Shown here piece after piece: positions 35,098 through 43,313 of a stretch of DNA of 43,313 bases (the stretch's first letter is position 1; the number at the start of each line of letters is the position of its first letter). Origin of the DNA: Gemmatimonadales bacterium (GTDB lineage: Bacteria; Gemmatimonadota; Gemmatimonadetes; Gemmatimonadales; GWC2-71-9). Under the pieces are notes generated by a model that saw only the letters and a list, made by a program, of their open reading frames with translations, was not told where the DNA came from and made no database searches. Both the position numbers and the translations under genes were made by a program. The stretch covers positions 1-43,313 of the forward strand of contig DASUSR010000122.1 in NCBI GenBank assembly GCA_036375015.1. The letters run 5' to 3'.

Positions 35098-36660
35098 CTA
35101 CGGCGTGAGCGGCTCCTCCACGATCTCCGCCCGGCTCGCCGGATTCCACTTCGGCCGGGCCGGCGCGTTGGCGATCTCCTGGCCCAGGTAGAAGAGCAGG
35201 CGGAGGATCCGCGACTCCTTGTCGGCGTCGATCTTCTCCGGCGAGTCGGTCACCTCGTGATAGTCGGGGTGCACGCCGTTGAAGAAGAAGAGCACCGGCA
35301 CGCCCTTGCGCGCGAAGTTGTAGTGGTCGGAGCGGAAGTAGAAGCGCTCCTCGGGCCAGCGGTCGTCGATCGCGCTCATGCGCAGCTCGGGATGCGCCGC
35401 GTTCACCCGCTCCAGCGTCGCGCCCAGGTCGGAGTGTTCCTTCCCGATCGCCACGATCGTGTCGGCCCAGTTGCGGCCGATCATGTCCATGTTGACGTTC
35501 GCCACGATGCGGTCGAGCGGCACGGTGGGGTGCTCGCTGAAGTAGCGGCTGCCCCAGAGGCCCTTTTCCTCGCCGCTCACGGTGAGGAACACGATGGAGC
35601 GCTTGGGACGGACCCCGGGGCTGCTGAAGGCCTCCGCCAGCTCCAGGATGCCCGCCGTGCCGGAGGCGTTGTCGTCGGCGCCGTTGTTGATGCTGTCCGG
35701 CCGGCCCGGGGTGATGCCGATGTGGTCCATGTGGGCGGAGTAGACCAGGTACTCGCGCTTGAGCACCGGATCGCTGCCCTCGAGAAGGCCGACGGTGTTC
35801 GGGGCGGTGAGCCGGTCCAGCACTGCGTCCTTCATGTCGAGCGTGACCGTGAGCTTGGGCAGCTCCTGGACCACCGGGCCGCTCGCCGCCCGCGCCTTCG
35901 CCAGATCGGCTCCAGCCGCCCGCACCACGGCGCGCACCGCCGACTCGCTCATCTCCAGGAACGGCGGGCTGTTGAGCTTGAGCTCCATGCCGTAGCGCTC
36001 CGGCGCCGAGCGGGGCAGCCGCGACGCGAACGTCGCGGAGTCCGCCGAGGACAGGAACACCACGGCCGCCGGGCCCTCCAGCCGAATGGCCCGCTCGACC
36101 TGCACGGCCTGCCGCGCCGCGCCGGGTCCGGTGCCGGGGGCGTAGAGGACGACCTTGCCCGCGAGCGGCATCCCGCTCACATCGCCCGCCGCCAGGGTGC
36201 CGCCCACGAGGACCGCGGGCGCGCTCACCGGCTGCTCCGGCACCGTGCCCTTGCTGTACCGTGCGGCCTGCGCGAAGGAGGCCGTGGCCGACTGGCTCCC
36301 CGTCGTGAACACCAGCCGGGAGCCCGCCAGGTCCAGACGGCGCCGGGTGATCGCGTAGCGCTGGAACCAGCCGCCGTCCTCGCCGCCCGGGGCGAGGCCC
36401 AGCCGGCGGAACTCGTCGGCCACGTACTGGGCGGTCTGATCGAGCCCGCGGCTCGGAGTGTCCCGGCCCAGCATGGAGTCATGGGCGATGATGCCGACCC
36501 GATGCGCGACATCGTCGCTGGTGATGCCGGCGGCCGCCCGCGTCAGCGGCGCGGCGGGAGCGTTCTCGGCGGGAGCCGGGGCCTGGGCGGCGACCGGCGC
36601 CGCCAGGAGCAGGAGGGCGGCCGCGGCGCGGCCACGCAGGAGGAACTGTCGCAGGGTCAC
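35098..36660 (-). CDS. M28 family metallopeptidase (secreted, with N-terminal PA-like region), paralog 2
   Basis: GTG start overlapping the paralog-1 stop (GTGA). Signal peptide AAALLLLAAPVAAQA. Zinc ligand motifs SAHMDH, NNGADDNASG, SGEEKGLWGS, NMDMIGR and HPDYH. Confidence 0.85.
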   Translation of the reverse strand: MTLRQFLLRGRAAAALLLLAAPVAAQAPAPAENAPAAPLTRAAAGITSDDVAHRVGIIAHDSMLGRDTPSRGLDQTAQYVADEFRRLGLAPGGEDGGWFQRYAITRRRLDLAGSRLVFTTGSQSATASFAQAARYSKGTVPEQPVSAPAVLVGGTLAAGDVSGMPLAGKVVLYAPGTGPGAARQAVQVERAIRLEGPAAVVFLSSADSATFASRLPRSAPERYGMELKLNSPPFLEMSESAVRAVVRAAGADLAKARAASGPVVQELPKLTVTLDMKDAVLDRLTAPNTVGLLEGSDPVLKREYLVYSAHMDHIGITPGRPDSINNGADDNASGTAGILELAEAFSSPGVRPKRSIVFLTVSGEEKGLWGSRYFSEHPTVPLDRIVANVNMDMIGRNWADTIVAIGKEHSDLGATLERVNAAHPELRMSAIDDRWPEERFYFRSDHYNFARKGVPVLFFFNGVHPDYHEVTDSPEKIDADKESRILRLLFYLGQEIANAPARPKWNPASRAEIVEEPLTP

Positions 36661-38099
36661 TTCTCCAGGACGAGACGTTGATAGCTCTCGGGCGACCACC
36701 GCGGCCGCTCCGGGTCGTTGGCCACCGCGGCGGCCAGGTGGTACAGCAGCTGCGCCACGCGGGAGGCCTTTTCCGCGTCCACCCGGTCGGGTGAATCGCT
36801 GGGCTGATGATAGTCGGGGTGGGTGCCGCTGGTGAAGAAGAGGATCGGCACGCCGCGCCGGGCGAAATGGTAGTGATCCGAGCGGTAGAAGATCCGCTCC
36901 TCGGGCCAGCGGTCGGCGATGGGGGCCATCCGCAGCTCGGGGTGCGCCTGCTGCACCCGCCGGAGGGCCGCGCCCAGGGTGGAGAACTCGGGGCCGACGA
37001 CGATGATCGAGTCGGTCCAGTTCCGTCCGATCAGGTCCATGTTGAGATTCGCCACGATCCGGTCGAGCGGGACCGTGGGGTGGCGGGTGAAATAGTCGCT
37101 CCCCCAGAGCCCCTGCTCTTCGCCGCTCGGCACCAGGAAGAGCAGCGACCGCCGGGGCCGCGCGTCGGGATCGCTGAAGGCTTCGGCCAGCTCCAGCAGG
37201 GCCGCGAGGCCGGAGGCGTTGTCGTCGGCGCCGTTGTTGACGCTGTCGACCGCGCCGGGGCGCATGCCCACCGCGTCCACGTGCGCGCTGATCGCCACGT
37301 ACTCGTCCCGCAGCGCGGGATCGGCTCCCTCCAGCACCCCGATCAGGTTGGGCACCCGGGCGTGCGCCAGCCCGCGTCGCTCCAGGCGCACGCTGGCGCG
37401 CAGGCGGTCGCCCTCCCGCAGGGAGCCGAGCGCCCGCCGGTGCAGCTCGAGCACCGGCGCCCCCTCGTCGGCGGCGCGGAAGTCCGGCGTGAAGCGGGGC
37501 CGCGCCGCCGCCTCCAGCCGGTCCGCGAACGCGCCGGAGTCGCGGCTGGAAAGGAGGAGCACGGCGCCGGCCCGGGCGGCGATCCGATCCACCCGTTCCT
37601 GCAGGTCGGCCGGGAGCGGTCGGGAGTAGTCCACCGGGAGGAGCACGATGCGGTCGCGCAGCCGGGGATGGGCTGTGTCGCGGGCCGTGAGCGGCCCGGT
37701 CAGGAGCAGCGCCTCCCCCTCGATCGTGCGCCCGTCCACCGCCCCTCCGATGTAGCGCGCGTCCCGTCCCAGGGCGGCCTGGGCCCGCCCCCCGGGGCCG
37801 GACAACTCCACCCGCGAGCGCACGGGATCGGGCACCCAGCGGGACACGCCCCAGCGCTGCTCGTAGGTCCCGGAGTCTCCCGCCGGCGTGAGGCCCAGGC
37901 GCTCGAACTCCGCGACGACATACGTGGCCGCCCGCTCCAGGCCGGGACTCGCCGTGAGCCGGCCCTGCATCGAATCGTCCGCGAGGATCTCGAGGTGCCG
38001 GCGGATCTCGGCCGGGGTGATGGCCGCCGGGGCCGGGGCCGGCGCCTGAGCGAGCAGCGGGGAAGTGCCAAGCAGGAGCAGGAGTGCGACGACGGTCAC
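36657..38099 (-). CDS. M28 family metallopeptidase (secreted), paralog 1
   Basis: GTG start overlapping the upstream stop (GTGA). Signal peptide VTVVALLLLLGTSPLLAQA. SAHVDA, NNGADDNASG, SGEEQGLWGS, NMDLIGR and HPDYH. Confidence 0.85.
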   Translation of the reverse strand: MTVVALLLLLGTSPLLAQAPAPAPAAITPAEIRRHLEILADDSMQGRLTASPGLERAATYVVAEFERLGLTPAGDSGTYEQRWGVSRWVPDPVRSRVELSGPGGRAQAALGRDARYIGGAVDGRTIEGEALLLTGPLTARDTAHPRLRDRIVLLPVDYSRPLPADLQERVDRIAARAGAVLLLSSRDSGAFADRLEAAARPRFTPDFRAADEGAPVLELHRRALGSLREGDRLRASVRLERRGLAHARVPNLIGVLEGADPALRDEYVAISAHVDAVGMRPGAVDSVNNGADDNASGLAALLELAEAFSDPDARPRRSLLFLVPSGEEQGLWGSDYFTRHPTVPLDRIVANLNMDLIGRNWTDSIIVVGPEFSTLGAALRRVQQAHPELRMAPIADRWPEERIFYRSDHYHFARRGVPILFFTSGTHPDYHQPSDSPDRVDAEKASRVAQLLYHLAAAVANDPERPRWSPESYQRLVLEK

Positions 38100-39202
38100 G
38101 GCCGGCGCCGCCGGAGCTCGGGCTCGCCGGTGCTCTGCGGCGGCCGGCCCGAGCGCTGGCCGGGCCCGAGGCGGCGCTCGCCCTCGGCGGGGCGCAGACC
38201 CTCGGGCACCTGTCCGGTCCGGGGCTCGCGAGAGTCCGTGCCTCGCGCGCCGCGACGCTCCCCCGCGCGGGGCACCGCAGCGCCGGCTTCCGGCCGTGCC
38301 CGGTCTGCGCGCGGGTGGTCCGGGGATTGAGCTGCCGGGGCGGGCACCGCGCCGGGTCCTCCCACGTCCTCGCTCGTTCTCCCCCGGTCCCCCGCGTCGC
38401 TGAGATCCTCCACCGGGGCCCGCGGCACCCGGGTGACGTAGTTGCGCCGGGGATCGGCGTCGCGGAACAGGTAGCGTGGCCCGATCTCCCTCGCCGGCGT
38501 CACCACCTGCCGGCCCCGGCCGTATCGGTAGGGATACCGGCTGGGATCGTCGTAGATCACGATCCGGAACCGGCTGCAGGCCCGCTCGTAGGGATCCCAC
38601 TCGTCGTAGCTGGCGTAGGCGTGGCAATCGTAGCAGACGAACCGTGGGTACTCGTACCGGCGTTCCACGTAATACGGCGTGATGTCGTACTCGTAGTCGG
38701 CGCCGTGCGCGATTCGCCCGGCGAGGTCGGCGAGCAGGACATACGGGTCGCCCCGCAGGCGCCCGTCGTCGATCAGGCGGTAGTCCCAGTAGTCGCCGCG
38801 GCTGATGTCGTCGAAGTCGAACGGCTGGGGGGACGCGACGGCGAGGAGGTAACCGACACCGGGGTAGTCGTCCACCATGAAGGAACGGCCGCCGCGCGCG
38901 CCGCTCACCTCCAGGGTGCGCGCGTCGCGCACGAAGGTCTCGCCCCAGGGCTCCCGGGGAAAGAGCACCCGGATCCGTCCGTCGGTGTCGATCCGGAACA
39001 CCGCCAGGTGGGAGGGCTCCTCGGTGGCGATGTAGACCCGGGCTCCCTCCCCGCGCCGGTAGGGCTCCTCCCGGTCGGCCCAGACCGCGACGCGCGCGCC
39101 GGGGCCGCGCGGCGCGGGGGCGGCCTGGGCGATGCTCTCGATGGGTGATGTAGCGGGGAACGGGAGGCCGGTGAGCAGCATCCACCCCAACACGACGTGC
39201 AT
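38096..39202 (-). CDS. secreted DUF4384-like protein with Tyr/Asp/Cys-rich middle region and basic disordered tail
   Basis: 368 aa from MHVVLGWMLLTG. VAVWADREEPYRRGEGARVYIATEEPSHLAVFRIDTDGRIRVLFP matches my recollection of DUF4384. It is followed by YEYDITPYYVERRYEYPRFVCYDCHAYASYDEWDPYERAC. Confidence 0.55.
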   Translation of the reverse strand: MHVVLGWMLLTGLPFPATSPIESIAQAAPAPRGPGARVAVWADREEPYRRGEGARVYIATEEPSHLAVFRIDTDGRIRVLFPREPWGETFVRDARTLEVSGARGGRSFMVDDYPGVGYLLAVASPQPFDFDDISRGDYWDYRLIDDGRLRGDPYVLLADLAGRIAHGADYEYDITPYYVERRYEYPRFVCYDCHAYASYDEWDPYERACSRFRIVIYDDPSRYPYRYGRGRQVVTPAREIGPRYLFRDADPRRNYVTRVPRAPVEDLSDAGDRGRTSEDVGGPGAVPAPAAQSPDHPRADRARPEAGAAVPRAGERRGARGTDSREPRTGQVPEGLRPAEGERRLGPGQRSGRPPQSTGEPELRRRRP

Positions 39203-39361
39203 GAACCCTCCGGGGCCTCCAGACGTAGCCACCGCCAGACAGCAGGCGGCGTGCCACCGTGGGGGTGCGGCATAAGATAGGCGCGGTGAAGATGTTGGGG
39301 AAACTCGATACGGCTGCTGCGCGAGCCGCCGTCGCTGGGAGGGGACGCCCGGCGGACGACA

Positions 39362-39390
39362 TTGCCCCACCCGTTGAACCCGGATACGCT
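39362..39390 (+). promoter_or_regulatory. candidate promoter TTGCCC-N17-TACGCT upstream of the DUF58 gene
   Basis: The -10 ends 11 nt before the ATG at 39402, implying a very short leader. Same -35 hexamer and spacing as the candidate at 11007. Confidence 0.25.
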
Positions 39391-39401
39391 TCCCCCCTGG
39401 C

Positions 39402-40328
39402 ATGAGTCGCTCCGCTGCATCCGCATCCGGCGCCCGCCTCGATCTGCTCGATCCCCTGGAAGTCTCCCGGCTCGGTGGGCTCGAGGTGGTGACGGAGGGC
39501 GTCGTCGAAGGGTTCCTGACCGGTCTCCACCGTTCGCCGCGCCGCGGCTTCTCGGTGGAGTTCGCCGAGCATCGCATGTATCAGCCGGGCGACGACCTGC
39601 GCTACGTGGACTGGAAGATCCTCGGGCGCAACGACCGGCTGTACGTGAAGCAGTTCGAGGAAGAGACCAACCTCCGGGCCATGATGGTGCTGGACATCAG
39701 CCGGTCCATGGCCTGGACCGGGGCGCCGGACCGGGTGCTCCCGAAGCTGGCCTACGCCCAGCGGCTGATCGCGGCCCTGTCGCTGGTGCTCCTGCGGCAG
39801 CGAGACGCCACCGGCCTCATCGCCTTCGACGACGAGGTCCGGGCGGTGCTGCCGCCGCGCGCGCTCCTCAGCCACTGGCGGCAGTTCATCCAGACGCTCG
39901 CCGCCCTGAGCGCCGGCAGCGGCACCGCGGCCGAGCCCGCGCTGCGACGAGTGGTGGAACAACTGCGGCGGCGCGGGCTCGTGGTGTTCGTCTCCGACCT
40001 GCTGCTCGACCGCACGCTCGCGCTCAAGGCGCTGCGCTTTCTCCGGCACCGCGGCCATCAGGTCGTCGTGCTGCACATCCTCGATCCGGCCGAGCTCACG
40101 CTGGCCGGGCCGGCCGAGGCGCGCTTCGAAGATCCGGAGACCCGGGCGGCGGTCGTCCTGCGCCCGCGCGACTGGGCCGGCGCCTATCGCGAGACGGTGC
40201 AACACGTGGTCGGCGAGTGGCGGCTGGCCTGCCGCCGCCACGGCATCCACTACCACAAGGTCACGACCGACACGCCCTACGGCCTGGTCCTGCGGGAGAC
40301 GCTCGCCCAGGGGTCCCGCACGGGATGA
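39402..40328 (+). CDS. DUF58 domain protein (vWA-like, MoxR/Bat-operon associated family)
   Basis: HRSPRRGFSVEFAEHRMYQPGDDLRYVDWKILGRNDRLYVKQFEEETN is the typical DUF58 core. Confidence 0.85.
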   Translation: MSRSAASASGARLDLLDPLEVSRLGGLEVVTEGVVEGFLTGLHRSPRRGFSVEFAEHRMYQPGDDLRYVDWKILGRNDRLYVKQFEEETNLRAMMVLDISRSMAWTGAPDRVLPKLAYAQRLIAALSLVLLRQRDATGLIAFDDEVRAVLPPRALLSHWRQFIQTLAALSAGSGTAAEPALRRVVEQLRRRGLVVFVSDLLLDRTLALKALRFLRHRGHQVVVLHILDPAELTLAGPAEARFEDPETRAAVVLRPRDWAGAYRETVQHVVGEWRLACRRHGIHYHKVTTDTPYGLVLRETLAQGSRTG

Positions 40329-42109
40329 TCGGCTTCCTGCATCCGTGGGCGCTGCTCGGCCTGGGCGCGGCCGCCATCCCGATCCTGCTGCATCTGCTCG
40401 CGCGCCGCGAGCCGCCCACGGTGGTGTTTCCCGCGGTCCGCTATCTCATCACCACCACCCAGGAGCATCGCCGCCGGCTCAAGCTGCAGAATCTCCTGCT
40501 GCTGCTGGTGCGCACGCTGCTCGTCATCGTTCTGGTGCTCGCCGCGGCCGGCCCGCAGGTGCCGCTGAGCGGGGTGCCGGGGCACGCGCCGAGCGCGCTG
40601 GTGCTCGTCGTGGACAACTCCCCCAGCAGCGCCACGGTCGACGGCGGCTCGGCGCGGCTCGGCCATCTCGTCGCGGCGGGACGCGAGGTGCTGGAGCGCG
40701 CTACCCCGAACGACGCGCTCTGGCTGCTTACCGCCGACGGCGTGCCTCTCCGGGGCGACGTGGGCCAGCTCGGCGACCAGCTCCGGGAGCTTCAGGTCAG
40801 CGCCCGCCGGATGGATCTGGGCGAGGCGCTCCGCCTCGCCGGCGAGGTGCTGGGGACCCAGGCGCGACCGGGAGAGATCGTGCTGCTCACCGACCTCCAG
40901 GCCAGCGCGGTCTCCGCCGCGGAGGTGGCGGTGCCGCTCGTCGTGGGCCGCCCGTCCGCGCCGCCCCCGCCGAACGCGGGAATCTCCCTGCTGGACACGG
41001 GCGCCCAGCCCTGGTCGGGTGAGGGCGGCCGGGTTGTGGTGGCGCTGGCCGGCGACTCGGGAACGGCCGTGCCGGTCTCGGCCCGCATCGGTGACCGCGG
41101 CGCGCGCCAGGCGCTGGCGCACGTGGGCGGCGCCGCCACGATCATGCTCCCTGCCGTGTCCCCGGGGTGGTGGACGGTCGAGGCGGAGCTGGCCGCGGAC
41201 GAGCTGCGGCTGGACGACCGCCGGGTCGGCGCGGTGCGGGTGGCCCCGGTGGCGCGACTCGGCTGGGACAGCACCAGCCGCTTCGTGGCCACTGCCGCCG
41301 GAGTGCTGGAGGCCAACCGGCGGATCGTCCGGGGCGCCGAAGTGAGCTTCGGCACGCTCGCACAGGGCACCTCCATCGTCTCGCCTCCGGCCGACGCGGC
41401 CGAGGTGGGCGCGCTCAATCGCGCGCTCGCGGCCCGTGGCGTGGCCTGGGGCTACGGCGCCCTCACGCTGGACCCCGCCTTCACCGACAGCGGCCCGGTC
41501 GTGGGCCGCACGCGGGTGATGCGCCGCTACCGGCTGCAGCCCTCCGGCAGCGGACGCACCGGCGTGCTCGCCACGGTGGCCGGAGACCCCTGGCTGGTGC
41601 GGAGCGGCGACGTGCTCCTGCTCGGCAGCCGGCTGGACCCCGAGTGGACCGATCTCCCGGTCTCCACCGACTTCATGCCCTTCATGGACCTCCTGGTGAA
41701 CCGGCTGGCCCGGGGCGAGGTCACCCTGGCCGACGGTGCCCCCGGCGACCCGGTGCCGCTGCCGGACCAGGTGACCCGCGTGCGGCAGGGAGAACGGGAG
41801 TGGCCGGTCGAGGGCGGCGGGTTCTTCCGTCCCCCGGATCTCGGGGCCTACTACCTCCTGGTGGCGGACGACACGGTCGGCGCGATCGCGGCGAACGTGG
41901 ATCCCCGCGAGTCGCTGCTGGCGCCGGCGCCCGACGATCAGGTGCGGCAGCTCTGGCAGGAGGCGCGCGTCGTCGAGCCGGCGGAAGCCGGCGACCTGGT
42001 CTTCTCCGCCGGCGCGCTCGGCGATCTGCGCGGGCCCCTGCTGTGGGCGGCGCTGGGGCTTTTCCTGCTCGAGCTGGTGCTCGCCACGCTCTGGCGGCGG
42101 GTGCGGTGA
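40325..42109 (+). CDS. BatA-domain (aerotolerance-regulator N-terminal) membrane protein
   Basis: 594 aa from MIGFLHPWALLGLGAAAIPILLHLL (characteristic N-terminus). A second TM and a C-terminal TM. ATGA overlap with DUF58. Confidence 0.8.
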   Translation: MIGFLHPWALLGLGAAAIPILLHLLARREPPTVVFPAVRYLITTTQEHRRRLKLQNLLLLLVRTLLVIVLVLAAAGPQVPLSGVPGHAPSALVLVVDNSPSSATVDGGSARLGHLVAAGREVLERATPNDALWLLTADGVPLRGDVGQLGDQLRELQVSARRMDLGEALRLAGEVLGTQARPGEIVLLTDLQASAVSAAEVAVPLVVGRPSAPPPPNAGISLLDTGAQPWSGEGGRVVVALAGDSGTAVPVSARIGDRGARQALAHVGGAATIMLPAVSPGWWTVEAELAADELRLDDRRVGAVRVAPVARLGWDSTSRFVATAAGVLEANRRIVRGAEVSFGTLAQGTSIVSPPADAAEVGALNRALAARGVAWGYGALTLDPAFTDSGPVVGRTRVMRRYRLQPSGSGRTGVLATVAGDPWLVRSGDVLLLGSRLDPEWTDLPVSTDFMPFMDLLVNRLARGEVTLADGAPGDPVPLPDQVTRVRQGEREWPVEGGGFFRPPDLGAYYLLVADDTVGAIAANVDPRESLLAPAPDDQVRQLWQEARVVEPAEAGDLVFSAGALGDLRGPLLWAALGLFLLELVLATLWRRVR

Positions 42110-43313
42110 GCCTGCGACCCGTGCTCGACGCCCTGGAGCGTTCGGTCGGCGCCGCCGAGCTGGCCGAGCGGCTTCCCTCGCGTGGCACCGCTCTCACGCT
42201 CGGCGGGCTGCCGGGGTCGAGCGGCGCCGTGCTCGCCGCGTGGCTGCTCCGGCGGTTCCCCCAGCGGCTGCTCGCGGTCGTAGCGACGACCACCGGAGAG
42301 GCGGAGCGCTGGCTGGCCGACCTCAACCAGCTGGTGGACGAGGGCGTCGCCCTCTACCCGCAGCGGGAGGCGCTGGGCGAGGAGGAGCCCCACTACGAGA
42401 TCGCGGGGGAGCGCGCCGAGACGATTGAGGCGCTGCTCCAGGGGAAGCTGCGGGTCCTGGTGACCACGGCGCGCGCCACGGCCGAGCGGACGCTGGTGCC
42501 GGCGGCGCTCGAGCGCCTGCGGCTCAGGCTGACGGTGGGGGAGCACCGACCTCCCGCCGATGTTGCGGCCGCGCTGGAGCGGATGGGGTACCAGCGGGTC
42601 GCGACCGTCACCGAGGTGGCGGAATTCAGCGTTCGGGGCGGGATCCTCGACGTCTACGGCTTCGGGATGGCGGTCCCGGCGCGGGTCGAGTGGTGGGGGG
42701 ACGACGTCAGCTCGATCCGCGGGTTCGATCTCACCACCCAGCGCTCCCTGGAGGAGCTGCCCGAGATCACGGTGCTGCCCGTGAGCACCGGCGCGGTAGC
42801 CGGCCAGGAGGAAGGCGACCATGCCCGCCCCACTGCCCGGCAGAGCCTGCTCGAGCTGCTCCCGTCCGACACGCTGATCCTCGAGGAGGCGGCCGGACCC
42901 GACGCCGACGAGGTGCTCCGGGCTTGGACCGAAGCGGAGCATCACCTGGAGGTGGCGCGCCGCCTGGGCGAGGACGTCCCCAGCCGCGCGGCCATCCTGG
43001 AGGAGCCGGAGCAGTGGCGCGCCCGGCTCGCCGGGTTCCCCCGCCTGCTGTTGCGGGACGGCCCGCCCGACGTGCAGTTCGGGTTCTTCCCCCCCGAGCG
43101 GATCGACCGGGATCTGAACCGCCTGCGCGCGCTCCTGGCAGGCGAGCCGCCCACCCTGATCCTTTGCGACAACGAGGGCCAGCTCGAGCGCATGGGCGAG
43201 CTGCTGGAGGAGGGCGACCGCCGGGCGCCGCTGCGCGTCACGCTCGCGATCGGCGCGCTGGACGGCGGCTTCGTCATGCCCAGCCTCCGGGTGCTCACCG
43301 ACCACGAGATCTT
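42106..43313 (+). CDS. mfd: transcription-repair coupling factor Mfd (N-terminal UvrB-homology region; 3' end beyond window)
   Basis: GTG overlapping the BatA stop (GTGA). The frame translates to ...LTLGGLPGSSGAVLAAWL...VTTARATAERTL...GYQRVATVTEVAEFSVRGGILDVYGFG...VEWWGDDVSSIRGFDLTTQRSL.... It is not in the ORF track because it has no stop in the window. Confidence 0.85.
   Translation, partial: MSLRPVLDALERSVGAAELAERLPSRGTALTLGGLPGSSGAVLAAWLLRRFPQRLLAVVATTTGEAERWLADLNQLVDEGVALYPQREALGEEEPHYEIAGERAETIEALLQGKLRVLVTTARATAERTLVPAALERLRLRLTVGEHRPPADVAAALERMGYQRVATVTEVAEFSVRGGILDVYGFGMAVPARVEWWGDDVSSIRGFDLTTQRSLEELPEITVLPVSTGAVAGQEEGDHARPTARQSLLELLPSDTLILEEAAGPDADEVLRAWTEAEHHLEVARRLGEDVPSRAAILEEPEQWRARLAGFPRLLLRDGPPDVQFGFFPPERIDRDLNRLRALLAGEPPTLILCDNEGQLERMGELLEEGDRRAPLRVTLAIGALDGGFVMPSLRVLTDHEI

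Noticed and set aside
32047-38330. 508-, 565- and 507-aa plus-strand ORFs opposite lepA and the two M28 genes
   Set aside because: They are antisense shadows of strongly conserved genes.
36657-42109. 1199-aa minus ORF and 915-aa plus ORF as single giant proteins
   Set aside because: Both are run-ons. The real genes begin at internal GTG/ATG codons that overlap upstream stops (38099, 40325).
41938-43305. 455-aa minus-strand ORF at the right edge
   Set aside because: It is antisense to the Mfd N-terminal region, which has clear family similarity.

Overview
This is a very GC-rich (about 70% or more by eye), densely coding 43.3 kb window. I call 42 protein-coding genes. I found no rRNA, tRNA, CRISPR array, transposase, integrase or prophage signature, so it reads as core chromosome rather than an accessory island. 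The gene content (FtsEX-EnvC, BatA/DUF58, tandem M28 peptidases, DUF4384, DUF411) would fit a Gemmatimonadota/Acidobacteriota-like lineage, but that is a low-confidence guess.

Confidently recognised genes are uvrA, pckA, nfo, ftsE, ftsX, an EnvC-like M23 activator, lepA and mfd (5' part). Others include an AlkA-type glycosylase, a group II PLP decarboxylase, an MsbA-like ABC exporter, a triple-FHA protein with a PP2C phosphatase, a ROK kinase, a PfkB kinase, a GT9 heptosyltransferase and a Cys/Met-metabolism PLP enzyme. Two EamA/DMT transporters, two MBL-fold hydrolases and two tandem M28 peptidases are also present.

Many long ORFs in the supplied track are antisense or run-on shadows typical of high-GC DNA. 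True starts were reassigned from conserved N-termini and from stop/start overlaps. Twelve gene junctions are 4-nt ATGA/GTGA overlaps.

Nothing here is a clear-cut novel system. The best candidates for a second look are:
- A translationally coupled GHKL-ATPase / STAS-like(DUF4325-type)-wHTH pair (27264-28702), wedged between a PfkB kinase and a PLP enzyme.
- A pseudo-receiver-GAF-degenerate-GGDEF protein that keeps an intact RxxD I-site (21887-23176).
- A highly structured 400-nt divergent intergenic region with perfect heptamer and octamer tandem arrays (3513-3725).
- A DUF4384 - M28 - M28 secreted operon (35098-39202).

Coordinates of CDS are anchored to the ORF track. Coordinates of non-coding motifs were counted by hand and may be off by 1-2 nt. 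No database search, HMM search or folding calculation could be run, so every family assignment rests on motif recognition only.
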